Below, piece after piece: positions 1-10,053 of a stretch of 64,000 nt of DNA. Position 1 is the first letter of the stretch. Each line of letters begins with the position of its first letter. The DNA comes from Planctomycetaceae bacterium (GTDB taxonomy: Bacteria > Planctomycetota > Planctomycetia > Planctomycetales > Planctomycetaceae), in the NCBI GenBank assembly GCA_021732785.1, contig JAKFUG010000017.1, forward strand, positions 51,352 through 115,351, written 5' to 3'. Both the position numbers and the translations under genes were made by a program. The notes under the pieces were generated by a model. The model was given only the letters and a program-made list of their open reading frames with translations. It was not told where the DNA came from and ran no database searches.

Positions 1-166
1 GGCATGGCCCTTCAGAGTGCGATACGAAGCGGCGGCGGTCAAGCGCAACGTGAGTTTTGCCGCTGTGATGGCGACCCATCATGGATGGTTTGTAAGGTGA
101 CCGTCGGTAGGGCGACTTCCTCGACCGGATGGCCGCCGCCGTCTACATTGGTGCCGAGGTGATCCA

Positions 167-1894
167 TTGTCGGCGAAAGCCCTGCCTGTTGTGCCCCGCG
201 GGACGTCCGTCTTTCCCACCGATCGGCATGCGCGCCGGTATTGGTGCCTGATCGCCATTTTGCTGGGAATCCCGGCGGTGTTGGGAGGTTTGTGTGCCCG
301 GCAGTGGACGCCGACGCACGATGAATATTGGCATCTTCCGCTGGGGTTATCCGCGCTGCTAACCGGGGATTGTCGGGCCGATCCGATCAACCCGCCGGTG
401 GTGCGGATGTGGGCGGCATTGCCCTTGTGGATGCAAAGCGTGTCGCTGGGTGAGTTGGCCCGACCGGCGCAGGATGCGTATGCCGTGGGCGATGCGTTTC
501 AGTTGGCCCATGTCGGGAATCATCGCGAACTGTTCTTCCGCGGCCGCTTGATGCTGCTGCCGTTCGGTCTCCTCGGCGGGGTGATTGTAGTCTTATGGGC
601 CCGGCGGTGGTGGGGTGACGCCGCGGGATTGCTGGCGGCGGCATTGTGGTGCGGCTGTCCGATCTTGCTGGCTCATTCGGCGATTGTTACCCACGACATG
701 CCGGGAGCGACGGCGACCTTGCTAGTGCTTTACGTCACCATGCACTACCGCGAACGTCCGTCAATGATTGGGCCGTGGGTGGTCGGCGGCATGATCGGAT
801 TCGCGTGCCTGATGAAGTTTTCAGCGCTATCACTGTTGCTTCTCGCACCGGTGTTTTGGTGGGTGCTGCCGACATCGCGACCGGTCGGTTGGAAACAACA
901 AGTCGGGGGATTGATGCCGGGGGCGATCACCTGGCTGATCGTGCTCCATCTTGGTTACGCCCTGGATTCCCTGTTTGGACGTCCGCTCCCCGCGACATCG
1001 TGGATGCTGGCGTGGTTGCCGCGGGGATTCACGCACGGTCTCGATGCATTGGGTGCGACTTTGAAGGTGCCGCACCCGGTGTATCTCAACGGGGAATGGA
1101 GTCTCGAAGGTTTTCGCACCTATTATCTGTATGGGTTGTTGTATCAACTCCCATTGGGATTATGGGCGTGCGGGTTGATCGCCAGCGGTTTGTGGTGGCA
1201 GAGAATTCGGGATCGCACCGAATTGCGGCGCGGCATTGCCATCGGTGTGGTGATCGCGGCGATTCTGTTACCGGCCAGTCTTTCCACGAATCAACTCGGC
1301 CTGCGATATGTGATGTCGATCATTCCGCTCGGAATTCTATTTGCCGCATCCGCCGCGAGGGATTGGCAACAGGTTGGTGTGGCTCGGAAATACGCGGTCT
1401 GGATGGCGATGGCGTTGACGCTTGCCGCGCTGCGTTATCACCCGCATCACTTGTCGTACTTCAATGAACTCGCCGGAGGACCGGAGCACGGCCGCGAGCA
1501 CCTCGTGGATTCCAATCTCGACTGGGGCCAGGATTTGCACGCCCTGCGCGATTATCTCGCGGCGCATTCGTCGTCAGAGCCGTTGTCTCTGGCGTACTTT
1601 GGAACGGCGTCACCAAAGTTGCTGGGGATCGAATACGATTTTCCCGCATCACCGCAGCCGCAACCGGGGCGCTATGCCCTCAGCGCGAACTTCATTGCGG
1701 GGCGTCCGCACATGCTGCGCGATCTGGACGGCCGCGAACGGATGGTCGCACTGGATGAATTCGCCCCGTTCCGGTACTTCACCCCGAAGGCCATGATGGG
1801 GTACAGCATCGCTTACTTTGAAATCTCACCCGAAGATGTAGCACGATATCACCGCGCGCGGCAACAAGCGATGGAGCAATTCGGAGAGCCTTGA
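167..1894 (+). CDS. Polytopic membrane glycosyltransferase, GT-C fold (GT39/GT83, ArnT/PMT-like)
   Basis: 575 aa with about 10 predicted TM helices at the N-terminus and a soluble C-terminal domain. The architecture is typical of dolichyl/undecaprenyl-phosphate sugar transferases. TTG start at 167; the true start is uncertain. Confidence 0.5.
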   Translation: MSAKALPVVPRGTSVFPTDRHARRYWCLIAILLGIPAVLGGLCARQWTPTHDEYWHLPLGLSALLTGDCRADPINPPVVRMWAALPLWMQSVSLGELARPAQDAYAVGDAFQLAHVGNHRELFFRGRLMLLPFGLLGGVIVVLWARRWWGDAAGLLAAALWCGCPILLAHSAIVTHDMPGATATLLVLYVTMHYRERPSMIGPWVVGGMIGFACLMKFSALSLLLLAPVFWWVLPTSRPVGWKQQVGGLMPGAITWLIVLHLGYALDSLFGRPLPATSWMLAWLPRGFTHGLDALGATLKVPHPVYLNGEWSLEGFRTYYLYGLLYQLPLGLWACGLIASGLWWQRIRDRTELRRGIAIGVVIAAILLPASLSTNQLGLRYVMSIIPLGILFAASAARDWQQVGVARKYAVWMAMALTLAALRYHPHHLSYFNELAGGPEHGREHLVDSNLDWGQDLHALRDYLAAHSSSEPLSLAYFGTASPKLLGIEYDFPASPQPQPGRYALSANFIAGRPHMLRDLDGRERMVALDEFAPFRYFTPKAMMGYSIAYFEISPEDVARYHRARQQAMEQFGEP

Positions 1895-2001
1895 GCGGTT
1901 GCGGCGCGGGGCGCGAAACCGCACAGCGAGGTCGGTGACCGTGGTGACGCGAACGAACGTCCTGTCTGGCTCTAAACTCTCGACTCTCCGCTCTCGACGT
2001 C

Positions 2002-3177
2002 TTACAGAATCCCCGGGCCTTTCACGTCGATGCCCTTGAGCATCATCTTCAGTTCTTCGGCGTTCGGGCTGATTTCGAAAGCATCGTTGCGGCTGATGAA
2101 TTCCATCTTCAGGAAGTGGTGCAGGCTATCGTTGAACTGCTGCATCCCTTCCTGCTTGCCAATGCGGATCGCCGCCGGGAGCTTTTCGTCGCTGCCTTCC
2201 AGAATCAGTTTCCGGATCGTGCCGTTGAAAAGCATAATCTCCTGAACGGGAACGCGCTTCGGCTTGTCGACGATCGTCGCCAGCAGTTTCTGGGCGACGA
2301 TCGCTTTCATGTTGAAGCCCATCGAGCTACGGAGCGCGTTGTGCATGCTCTGCGGGAAGAGGTCGAGAATACGTCCGATGGTCGACGGCGCGGATGAAGC
2401 GTGAATCGTTCCATACACGAGGTGCCCTGTTTCGGCGGCGTGCATGGCCGTTTCGAATGTTTCGCGGTCGCGCATTTCGCCCACGAGCATGATGTCGGGG
2501 TCTTGGCGCACGGCGTGTTTCATCGCCACGTGGAAGTCGATCACATCGCAACCGAGTTCGCGCTGATTGATCAGACACTTATCGGCCGTATACACGAATT
2601 CGACAGGGTCTTCGATAGTCAGAATGTGCTTGATATAGGTGTGGTTGATGTAATCCAGCATGGATGCGATCGTCGTCGATTTGCCGGAACCGGTCACGCC
2701 GGCGAGGAGCACCATCCCCTGATCGTACACGCACAGGTCGCGCAAGATCGGCGGCAGGAACAAGCCTTCAAAGTTGGGAATGTTCCGTTCGACTTTACGG
2801 CTGACCATCCCCATCTTGCCGGTTTGAATGAAGAGGTTCACGCGGAACCGCCAGAGTTCCCCTTTGTGCTCCATCACGTGGGCATAGTCGGCCCCGCCGG
2901 TCGCGAAAAAGATTTCCTGGTTCCGCTCGTCCATCATGGGCAAGCAGATTTCTTTCATCTTCTCTTCAGTGATGGGAGGCATATCCAGCGGTTTGAGCGT
3001 GCCACGGACGCGGAGAATCGCGGGCTTGCCCACCTGCAGGTGCAAGTCCGAGCCGTTGAGTTCGATCAGCGCCTTGAACAGCTTGTTGACTTCGAGGTCG
3101 CGGAGGTTGGCGCTCCCCAGGCGAATGGAATTGAATTTGGACGCGACGGCAGAACCACCACCACTCATGAGAGACAC
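2002..3177 (-). CDS. pilT: Type IV pilus retraction ATPase PilT
   Basis: 391 aa. Walker A GVTGSGKST, Asp box and His box are present. Full-length similarity to PilT/PilU twitching-motility ATPases. Confidence 0.9.
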   Translation of the reverse strand: MSLMSGGGSAVASKFNSIRLGSANLRDLEVNKLFKALIELNGSDLHLQVGKPAILRVRGTLKPLDMPPITEEKMKEICLPMMDERNQEIFFATGGADYAHVMEHKGELWRFRVNLFIQTGKMGMVSRKVERNIPNFEGLFLPPILRDLCVYDQGMVLLAGVTGSGKSTTIASMLDYINHTYIKHILTIEDPVEFVYTADKCLINQRELGCDVIDFHVAMKHAVRQDPDIMLVGEMRDRETFETAMHAAETGHLVYGTIHASSAPSTIGRILDLFPQSMHNALRSSMGFNMKAIVAQKLLATIVDKPKRVPVQEIMLFNGTIRKLILEGSDEKLPAAIRIGKQEGMQQFNDSLHHFLKMEFISRNDAFEISPNAEELKMMLKGIDVKGPGIL

Positions 3178-3346
3178 TCCCTTGGGGAAGCACGCAAGAA
3201 AACTGCGGGAAGCCGGATCAATTCGAGACGGACACCGGGGAGCGACACGTCTCCACCAAGGCCACCATCAACGTTCATTCTAACCCAAAAGGCCGGGCGA
3301 ACGGCAAGAGGAAGCGCGCGCAATCCGTGAACGGCAGACTCTGTTT

Positions 3347-3441
3347 GAAGAGTCGGGGCGGGGGCCCCGGCCTATGGATGTAAAAATCAACCTGAAATCA
3401 TAGGTCGGGGCCCCTGCCCCGACGCCTTTGAATTCAAACGG
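3347..3441. repeat. Palindromic hairpin element, family 1 copy 1 (GTCGGGGCGGGGGCCCCGRCCTA stem, ~22 nt AT-rich loop)
   Basis: About 25-bp GC-rich inverted arms around an AT-rich loop. Near-identical copies at 13184-13280 and 16371-16462. Confidence 0.8.
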
Positions 3442-3496
3442 TCGCATCACCTGCGATCAGCATATCTATCCACACGCATTCGGCGGGAATCAGCCG

Positions 3497-4903
3497 TTAC
3501 TTTTCCGCGATGCCCGGCGCGGCCACTTTGTTTTTCTGCAGCCAATCATCCAGGGCTTTCACCTGCTCGACCGTCACCTGCTGACCCGAGAGAAGGCTGT
3601 TCGTAATGGGCAGCACTAACTGATAAACCGGTTCAAACGCAGGAGTGGTCTGGGCATTGTTGCGGAAACCGCCTTTCGCTCGTTTCGCGGCATCCATGTC
3701 GGACGCATCCAGCGCGTTAAACGCCAGGTAGAGGAACCAGAAGTTCGTTTTCCAGATGGGATTCTTCGGCTGCTGCTGGGCCGCTTTCGCCAGGTCACGA
3801 GCAAACAGGGCCACTTCCCCGACCACGGTCGGCACATTGACGGACGGATCAAACGGCACGCGTCCCAGACTGCGGGCGGCCATTGCGCGGACTTGCCAGT
3901 CGCGCGCTGGATCATTCATCACCATTCGCAGCGTATCGACGATAAACGGCTTGCGGTTCTGCAGATCGAGGGTGACATCCAGCAGGGAGAGCGCTTCCGC
4001 CAGCCGCAACTGATACCAGAAGAACTTTTTCCCGTCCTTCAACTCCGCCACGATGGCATTGGCAACTTCGTGCTTGACGGGGACGCTGGGAACGCCGTAG
4101 CGCAACAAACGCACAATGCTGCGTGCCGCGGCGATTTTCACCGCCGGCGGTTGCTCGGGATCGGCGAGCACCTTGGCGAGCAGTGGCAAACCGTCGGCAA
4201 AGGCTTCCAGCTTCAAATTCCGCTGCGTATCGGTCTCGGTGAGATCCAATTCGCCGACGAGTGTCACCGCCTGAATGCGGACATACAGATTCTTCTTCAA
4301 CAACGCTTCCGACTGCTTGACGATTTCCGCCAGAATAAAGCGGCGGAAATTTCGCACGTCGGCGGCGGGGGCGAGTTTGCCAGCTTGCTGCAGATCGCGG
4401 ATGGAAAGGTCTTCACGCTTCACGTGCAGGTTCTGCAAGTTGTCTTTTTCGCAGAGCTGGGCCAACCGATACTTGATCCCCTTCCGGATGATGTTCTTGT
4501 CTTCGTCCTTAAGATTGCCGGTGCTGCCGCGGATCGCGCTTTTGTAGCGGTTTTCGAACTTCTTCAGGTCGGCCAATTCCTCCGGAGTTACCAGCGGCTC
4601 GAAGTCGATCATGACATCGGGTCTATCTGGCGGAACTTTGTATCCCTTGGGCAAACCGGTGACGGGATCGAGATTCGGGTCAACCGGTTTCGTGGGCATC
4701 ACGGCCGGTTTCGGTTTCGCAGTTCCGCCCGGAGCGGGCTTGGTGACCGCTTTTCCCGCGGCGCCCTTTTTGGGATCGGGTTTCTTCGCCTGAGCGAAGA
4801 CCTCGCGCGCCGGGACCGTCAGCAGACTCAGCATGATGAGGCTGACTGTGAGGAAAGATCCCACAAAACGTCCATCAACCTGCGGCAATTCGGCTTGACG
4901 CAC
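3497..4903 (-). CDS. Secreted HEAT/ARM-repeat protein with Lys/Pro-rich N-terminal region
   Basis: 468 aa with an N-terminal hydrophobic signal or anchor. Repeated alpha-helical motifs resemble HEAT repeats (LLAKVLADPEQPPAVKIAAARSIVRLL). Confidence 0.45.
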   Translation of the reverse strand: MRQAELPQVDGRFVGSFLTVSLIMLSLLTVPAREVFAQAKKPDPKKGAAGKAVTKPAPGGTAKPKPAVMPTKPVDPNLDPVTGLPKGYKVPPDRPDVMIDFEPLVTPEELADLKKFENRYKSAIRGSTGNLKDEDKNIIRKGIKYRLAQLCEKDNLQNLHVKREDLSIRDLQQAGKLAPAADVRNFRRFILAEIVKQSEALLKKNLYVRIQAVTLVGELDLTETDTQRNLKLEAFADGLPLLAKVLADPEQPPAVKIAAARSIVRLLRYGVPSVPVKHEVANAIVAELKDGKKFFWYQLRLAEALSLLDVTLDLQNRKPFIVDTLRMVMNDPARDWQVRAMAARSLGRVPFDPSVNVPTVVGEVALFARDLAKAAQQQPKNPIWKTNFWFLYLAFNALDASDMDAAKRAKGGFRNNAQTTPAFEPVYQLVLPITNSLLSGQQVTVEQVKALDDWLQKNKVAAPGIAEK

Positions 4904-5464
4904 GGAGTCGTCCTCTCAGGGGAAACTCGTCATGAGCACGATACTGGGGGATTGGTGGAAGAGATACGGACCCGACAAAGACGGGAGATCACTCTACAGG
5001 AGTGTAACATAGCGACGGAACGCGCCGCCATCCGGCATTCGGGGAAACTTTCGGTTGCGACTGTCGAGACACATGAAGATTGGCGGCGAAATCGTCACGC
5101 GCGGAAAGACTCGTCCGCTTCTCTGCGGGCGACAAGACCATACCGCCTCCCTCATCGCCAGTGCAGTGTTCGTATGTTCCCGTGTTTCGTCGGCCGGAAT
5201 GGTCTGGCGTCCGGTTGTCTCGAACGAAGCCTTGCGCGCATCGAAGGGACTGACGAGTTGGTCACGGTCATTTCCTTTGGGAAACCCCTCGATCCGTCCC
5301 CGCGAAGTCGGTCGGGCTTGATCAACCACGCCCCTCCCGCCGCGAGCAAACGCGCCCCGTCACTCATCATCGCACAACCGGATCGGTGGCCCGTGTCAGT
5401 CTGCGAATGATTGCGGGCGAGACACACAGGGTAGGGAACCGTATCGTATGTCTGGAGGTTGTTC

Positions 5465-6193
5465 ATGACAGGGGCGGGGTGGATTCGAGACCAATCTGTT
5501 CGCATCGGGACTTGGCTGGGCGAACGGGAGCCGGTGGTTTTATTGAGCGCATTTCTGGTGATCGCCGGGATCTTGAGTTTTATCGAGATCGCCGACAGTG
5601 TTCGCGAGGGCGAGACGACTCACTTCGATGCCTGGGCCGTGCGGTCGCTGCGGAAGCCCGATGATCCGGCGGTCCCCATCGGTCCGCGGTGGCTGCACGA
5701 GATGGGCCGCGATGCCACGGCACTCGGCGGCATCGGCTGGCTGGTCTCATTCACGCTGGTGGTGGCCGGCTACTTGTGGCTCGCGGGGAAAAGCCATATG
5801 GCGACCTTGCTGATGGTCTCCTCCACCAGTGGAACGGCGTTGGCGTTTGGGCTGAAATCGCTGTTTGACCGGCCGCGGCCGGATGTGGTCCCGCACCTCG
5901 CGCATGTCAGTTCGAGCAGCTTTCCCAGCGCGCACTCGATGATGTCCGCGATTGTCTACACCACGCTTGGCGTCCTCGTGGCGAGTGTCGTGGCGCGACG
6001 CCGGTTGAAAGCGTACATCTTAAGTCTGTCGCTATTGCTGACCGTCGTCGTCGGTCTCAGCCGCATCTATCTCGGCGTGCATTATCCCACGGATGTGCTC
6101 GCCGGTTGGATGGCCGGCCTCGTGTGGGCGCTGCTGTGCTGGCTCATCGCACGCTGGCTGCAACGCCTGGGGACTGTCGAACGCGCCGAATGA
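5465..6193 (+). CDS. PAP2 family phosphatase (phosphatidic acid / undecaprenyl-PP phosphatase-like)
   Basis: PAP2 motifs KxxxxxxRP (KSLFDRPRP), PSAHS and SRIYLGVHYPTD. Multi-TM. GGAGG RBS before the ATG at 5465. Confidence 0.8.
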   Translation: MTGAGWIRDQSVRIGTWLGEREPVVLLSAFLVIAGILSFIEIADSVREGETTHFDAWAVRSLRKPDDPAVPIGPRWLHEMGRDATALGGIGWLVSFTLVVAGYLWLAGKSHMATLLMVSSTSGTALAFGLKSLFDRPRPDVVPHLAHVSSSSFPSAHSMMSAIVYTTLGVLVASVVARRRLKAYILSLSLLLTVVVGLSRIYLGVHYPTDVLAGWMAGLVWALLCWLIARWLQRLGTVERAE

Positions 6194-6591
6194 AGGCGAA
6201 CGGGTGCATGCGGTAATTGGATGGGAGCATCCACGAACTATTCCGGACTCCGGAGCCCCAACGGGGTGACATTCGATAGCCCAGCCCGCAGGTCTTCCGG
6301 AGGGCTGGGTTTGCGATCGCACGGCACGGGCAGCCCCACCGGGGCGCGACTCTTTCCGGATTATCCCGTCGCGCCCCGTTGGGGCTTGGCAAGGTGCTTC
6401 GATCCGTTGACCCAGGGCTGCGCGAAGACGCTGCGCCGCTGGGCTATCGAATCACGCCCCCTTTGGGGCTGAAGGCCGACCTGTCCGCCAACCGACCGCT
6501 GCGATTCCGATCCTTGCCCGGCGGAAATCGATTGTCGGAACATGCTCGTCGACGCTGCCACGCTGCTGAAGTACGACCTGCCGGACGGGTT

Positions 6592-6981
6592 CTAGCCGTT
6601 GAATCGTCGGGCGAACCATTCCCCCAGCACGACGGCCGCGAGACCCCCTGCAAAATTCGCCACGGCGTGAAACCCGCCCCACAGGAAAGCGGGGGGTTGA
6701 CGAGCAAGAGCGACCGTTTCCAGCGACAACGCCGAAAACGTGGTCAGGCCACCGAGGACACCCGTGACGAGAAACAGCCGTGCATTCACGGACAGCCATT
6801 GATGTTCGGATCCGGAACCGGCGAGATAACCAATCGCCAGGCAACCGCCGATGTTGACGATCAGCGTGCCGAGCATGGGATAGTGTGGACACCACACGGC
6901 CGCCTCGCGCGCGACGACATACCGCGCCATGGCCCCGAGTGCGCCACCGAATCCAACCATCATCAGCGACCACGCATTCAT
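6592..6981 (-). CDS. crcB: Fluoride ion channel CrcB/Fluc
   Basis: 129 aa with 4 TM helices and the conserved GxLGGxTTFS motif (GVLGGLTTFSALS). Confidence 0.85.
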   Translation of the reverse strand: MNAWSLMMVGFGGALGAMARYVVAREAAVWCPHYPMLGTLIVNIGGCLAIGYLAGSGSEHQWLSVNARLFLVTGVLGGLTTFSALSLETVALARQPPAFLWGGFHAVANFAGGLAAVVLGEWFARRFNG

Positions 6982-7089
6982 AAGGGCTCACTCCGGATGG
7001 CTGACGTGGAAAGAGGAATGTTGTTCGTCGAGTTTACAAATTCCTATCGGTTCAAGCCCTCAGTGGATCGTCTTCGGTTCGGCTCGACT

Positions 7090-7578
7090 TTATCTCAGCA
7101 CGGGAATGAATTTCAGTTCGTCGCGACATAAGTCGAGAACAGCGACCGTGAATTGTCGGGCGCGGTGCAATGCCCCGGGGTTGATGAACCGTGTCGGACC
7201 CGCGCGCCGGTCTTCCGCCACGTGCGTGTGTCCGCTCAGAAAATAGTCGGGATTCCGGGCGAGCAACCGCCGTTCTTCGACGCGCAAATGACCGTGCGTC
7301 ACGGCAATCGTCTTCTCCGCCAGGGTGATCATGCCACCCAGTTCCAGCGACCGCGCTCCGGTCACTTCGGCAATTTCCCGCAGCGCTGCGACCGAATGGT
7401 AGTCATTGTTGCCGAAGACAAAATAGCACGACAAAACGGCACACGCCTGAATGATCTCAGGTTCTGTGACATCGCCACAATGGACGATCGCTTCGGCCCC
7501 GGCGACTTGCAACAACGCAATCGCCCGTTCGCACCGGAAGAGCTGATCGTGCGTGTCGGAGAGGATGCCGAGTTTCAT
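7090..7578 (-). CDS. Metallophosphoesterase, YfcE/MJ0936 family
   Basis: 162 aa. Motifs MKLGILSDTHD, GDV and GNND, then GHTH. Confidence 0.8.
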   Translation of the reverse strand: MKLGILSDTHDQLFRCERAIALLQVAGAEAIVHCGDVTEPEIIQACAVLSCYFVFGNNDYHSVAALREIAEVTGARSLELGGMITLAEKTIAVTHGHLRVEERRLLARNPDYFLSGHTHVAEDRRAGPTRFINPGALHRARQFTVAVLDLCRDELKFIPVLR

Positions 7579-7630
7579 GGAACGTGGATTTAGCGGAGGA
7601 AAGGCGATCTATTCCGCCCCGTGCGAGCGG

Positions 7631-8728
7631 TCAGGCCGCGCGACGGGAAACGTTCGTCAGCGTGTGTTTTTCGATGAGACGCTGTAACCCCCTCCACACG
7701 CGTTCGGAGGTGAGCGCTCGATGGCACGCGAGATGTTGCTCGCCGTTGTGCGGGCACGTCTTGTGGTAACTCCCCGCGCATGAGACTTCCGTCGACACGA
7801 ATTCGTGGGCGTCGCCCGGCGGTCCCGAACGCACAGCGCTCGTGCAGGTGAAGACGCCGAGCGACGGCGTGCCCAACTCCGCGGCGAGATGCAACGGGCC
7901 GGAGTCGTTGGAAAACATCGCATCGACGGAACTCACCACGGCGGCGAGTTCCTTGATCGTCGTGCGACCGGTGAGATCGAGCACGGCGGCGTGCGGCGCG
8001 GCGGCATGAATGCGCTGCGTCATTTCTTCCGAGGCACCGCGATCGGTTTTCGCGCCGACAATCACCGCGGTCCCGCCCCACGTGTTCGCGGCGCGGGCCA
8101 GCACTTCGGCGAACCCGGCCACCGGCCACCGTTTCGTTTCCCACTTCGCGCCCCACTGCACGGCGATGAGCGGCCGCGGCAATCCCGCCAGCCACGTTCG
8201 TGCTGCCGCATGGGCTGATAAGGGAACCTGCACCAACACCCGCCGCGGCATGTCGCCGACACCGAGCATTTCCGCGACGCGCCAATAACGCGCATGCGCC
8301 GGGACAGCGCGCGTGGTGCCGGGGATGGTGTGCGTGGTCGCGAAGTGCGATCCTTCCCGCGCCGTTTCGAGACCAATGCGATACCGCGCACGGGTAGCCC
8401 ATGTCATCAAGGCGGACCGCAACAGTCCTTGCAGATCGAAGACGAGATCGAATCGCGCTTGCGATAACTCGCGGGCCAACGTCGCCACTTGCAAGAGGCT
8501 CGGACGGCGATCACAACGAATCACGGCGTCAAGATCGGGATGCCCGGTGACCAGGTCGGCCAGTTCGCGCTGAATGACCCACGTGATGTGACTGGCGGGA
8601 AAGCGTCGCCGTAATGCCGGCAGCAATGGCAACGCTTGCACGACATCCCCGAGCGCGCTCGGCTTGATGATCGCAATCCGTCGCGCATCCCGTTGCTGCC
8701 AGAATCCCGTCGTCATCGACCGCATCAT
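7631..8728 (-). CDS. Glycosyltransferase family 9 (LPS heptosyltransferase-like)
   Basis: N-terminal RIAIIKPSALGDVVQALP motif typical of RfaF/WaaC GT9 enzymes. The ORF extends to 8872; the real start is probably internal, around 8716-8728. Confidence 0.7.
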   Translation of the reverse strand: MMRSMTTGFWQQRDARRIAIIKPSALGDVVQALPLLPALRRRFPASHITWVIQRELADLVTGHPDLDAVIRCDRRPSLLQVATLARELSQARFDLVFDLQGLLRSALMTWATRARYRIGLETAREGSHFATTHTIPGTTRAVPAHARYWRVAEMLGVGDMPRRVLVQVPLSAHAAARTWLAGLPRPLIAVQWGAKWETKRWPVAGFAEVLARAANTWGGTAVIVGAKTDRGASEEMTQRIHAAAPHAAVLDLTGRTTIKELAAVVSSVDAMFSNDSGPLHLAAELGTPSLGVFTCTSAVRSGPPGDAHEFVSTEVSCAGSYHKTCPHNGEQHLACHRALTSERVWRGLQRLIEKHTLTNVSRRAA

Positions 8729-8886
8729 CCCTGATTTCCTGAAGATTCTCCATGGCATGGTAGACGGTGTGGGAGATCGCGACAACGCCTGTTTTCTGCG
8801 GACGTTGGTTCGCGGAGTGGTGGACCCGGTTGCGGTTGCCGGAACCGTCGGGCACGGCGATCGAAGTTTCATCCCGAAGGGATGTC

Positions 8887-8934
8887 AGCCATTAGCCGGT
8901 AGTTGAGCGCAGCGACACCACCGGTTAATGGCTC
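8887..8934. repeat. Hairpin element, family 4 (AGCCATTAGCCGGTGGTTGAGCGCAGCGACACCACCGG core)
   Basis: Stem-loop flanked by short CATCCCGAAGGGATG-type hairpins. Related copies at 47316-47352 and 47412-47450. Confidence 0.6.
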
Positions 8935-9519
8935 TGATCCCTCTCGGGAGCAAATGCGAAGAATGAATGCCTACGATGCGTTGAAATCGCGGCTTCAAAA
9001 CGAAAAAGCCCGGAAGCAACGGGGTCCCAGGGGGGCTGAGGACCTGCATCGCTTCCGGGCGTTCGGATCATAGGGTGATCTTGCCCAGACAAAGGGAGCG
9101 AGCGCATCCTTGCGCAGCTCCCCGCGTCCTGTCCCGTTCGAGCGACGTCGTGGCGCATCCGTGCGACAGCGAACATCTCCCGGTGCGATATTGCCACCCG
9201 CGTGGCCGACACATCCCACCCACGAAACGAGACCGGGCGGCGGGAAAATAGGGACCAACTGAAACCCCGTCAACACCAATTCGTCCGTGCAGCGCGGATT
9301 GAAAATTTGTCCGTTCGACGGGACGAGTTTCGTGAAGCGGTGCGCGATTCGCATGGAGACCGGACGTGTTCCCACACTCTGCGTGGGAACACACGGCCCA
9401 GACGCTCCGCGTCGTCGCACTGAAGTTGGCTCGTCTGCCCTCTCAAACAGGAATCGCGACGCAGAGCGTCGCGGCCGGGCGTTCCCACGCGGAGCATGGG
9501 AACGAGGATTACGAAGGTT

Positions 9520-9882
9520 TTACACCCGGCGTTGGGGTCGCGTTTTCGGTCGCGGGCGCAGCACAAAATACAGGCCGGCGGAAAACAACGCCGCGGGAAT
9601 CAGGAACTTCAACGGCACTTTCGTCCGGGCGATCATCACCAATCCGAGCATCACCCCGGCGAGTGTCTGCCACGAAATGTGCGCCCACGCGGCGTCCCGG
9701 GTGCGCGTCGGCATCGCCAGCCAGACCGCACACATCACCACGCCGACGCGCGACAACGATCCCTCAAAAACTTCCGCCGCGCCGTCTTTCACCGTGAAAT
9801 GCACGATCAACGCCAGCGCGAAGCAACTCGCGGCGATGAGCCCGATCGACCACCGATTCACAGGAATAAGTCCGGACGACAT
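9520..9882 (-). CDS. Small hypothetical membrane protein (3-4 TM)
   Basis: About 120 aa starting MSSGLIPVNRW, with hydrophobic segments and a basic C-terminus. It is the short internal version of the long 9520..10371 ORF. Confidence 0.3.
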   Translation of the reverse strand: MSSGLIPVNRWSIGLIAASCFALALIVHFTVKDGAAEVFEGSLSRVGVVMCAVWLAMPTRTRDAAWAHISWQTLAGVMLGLVMIARTKVPLKFLIPAALFSAGLYFVLRPRPKTRPQRRV

Positions 9883-10053
9883 CCTTCGATTATGGATTGA
9901 CACTGAGGACAGAGCAACGCCGTTCGATTGTGACGCCGTGTGGACCGGGATACATTGCCTCCAACTGCCCTCCCCCGGAATTCGGCTGTGCGCGATGCTG
10001 ACGAGCACGGATTGAGTTCCCCCACCGTGAGAATGAACCACAGGAGAACTTTC

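Noticed and set aside
3893-5410. Long plus-strand ORF (505 aa) antisense to the HEAT-repeat gene, and similar long antisense ORFs at 2401..3330, 16881..17903, 12205..13182, 25145..26206, 35003..35899, 41309..42583, 44411..44836 and 53090..54172
   Set aside because: These are shadow ORFs typical of high-GC DNA. They lie opposite well-supported genes and have low-complexity, Arg/Gly/Asp-rich translations.
6982-7089. Possible fluoride (crcB-motif) riboswitch in the crcB leader
   Set aside because: I could not find the conserved GGNGAUG...AAACNGCC...GCUGAUGA core, only an unrelated hairpin. I left it as a negative note, to be checked with Infernal.
9287-10015. 242-aa plus-strand ORF between the heptosyltransferase and the secreted protein
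   Set aside because: Low-complexity Arg/Gly-rich translation across a hairpin-rich intergenic region. It overlaps the better-supported small membrane protein on the other strand.
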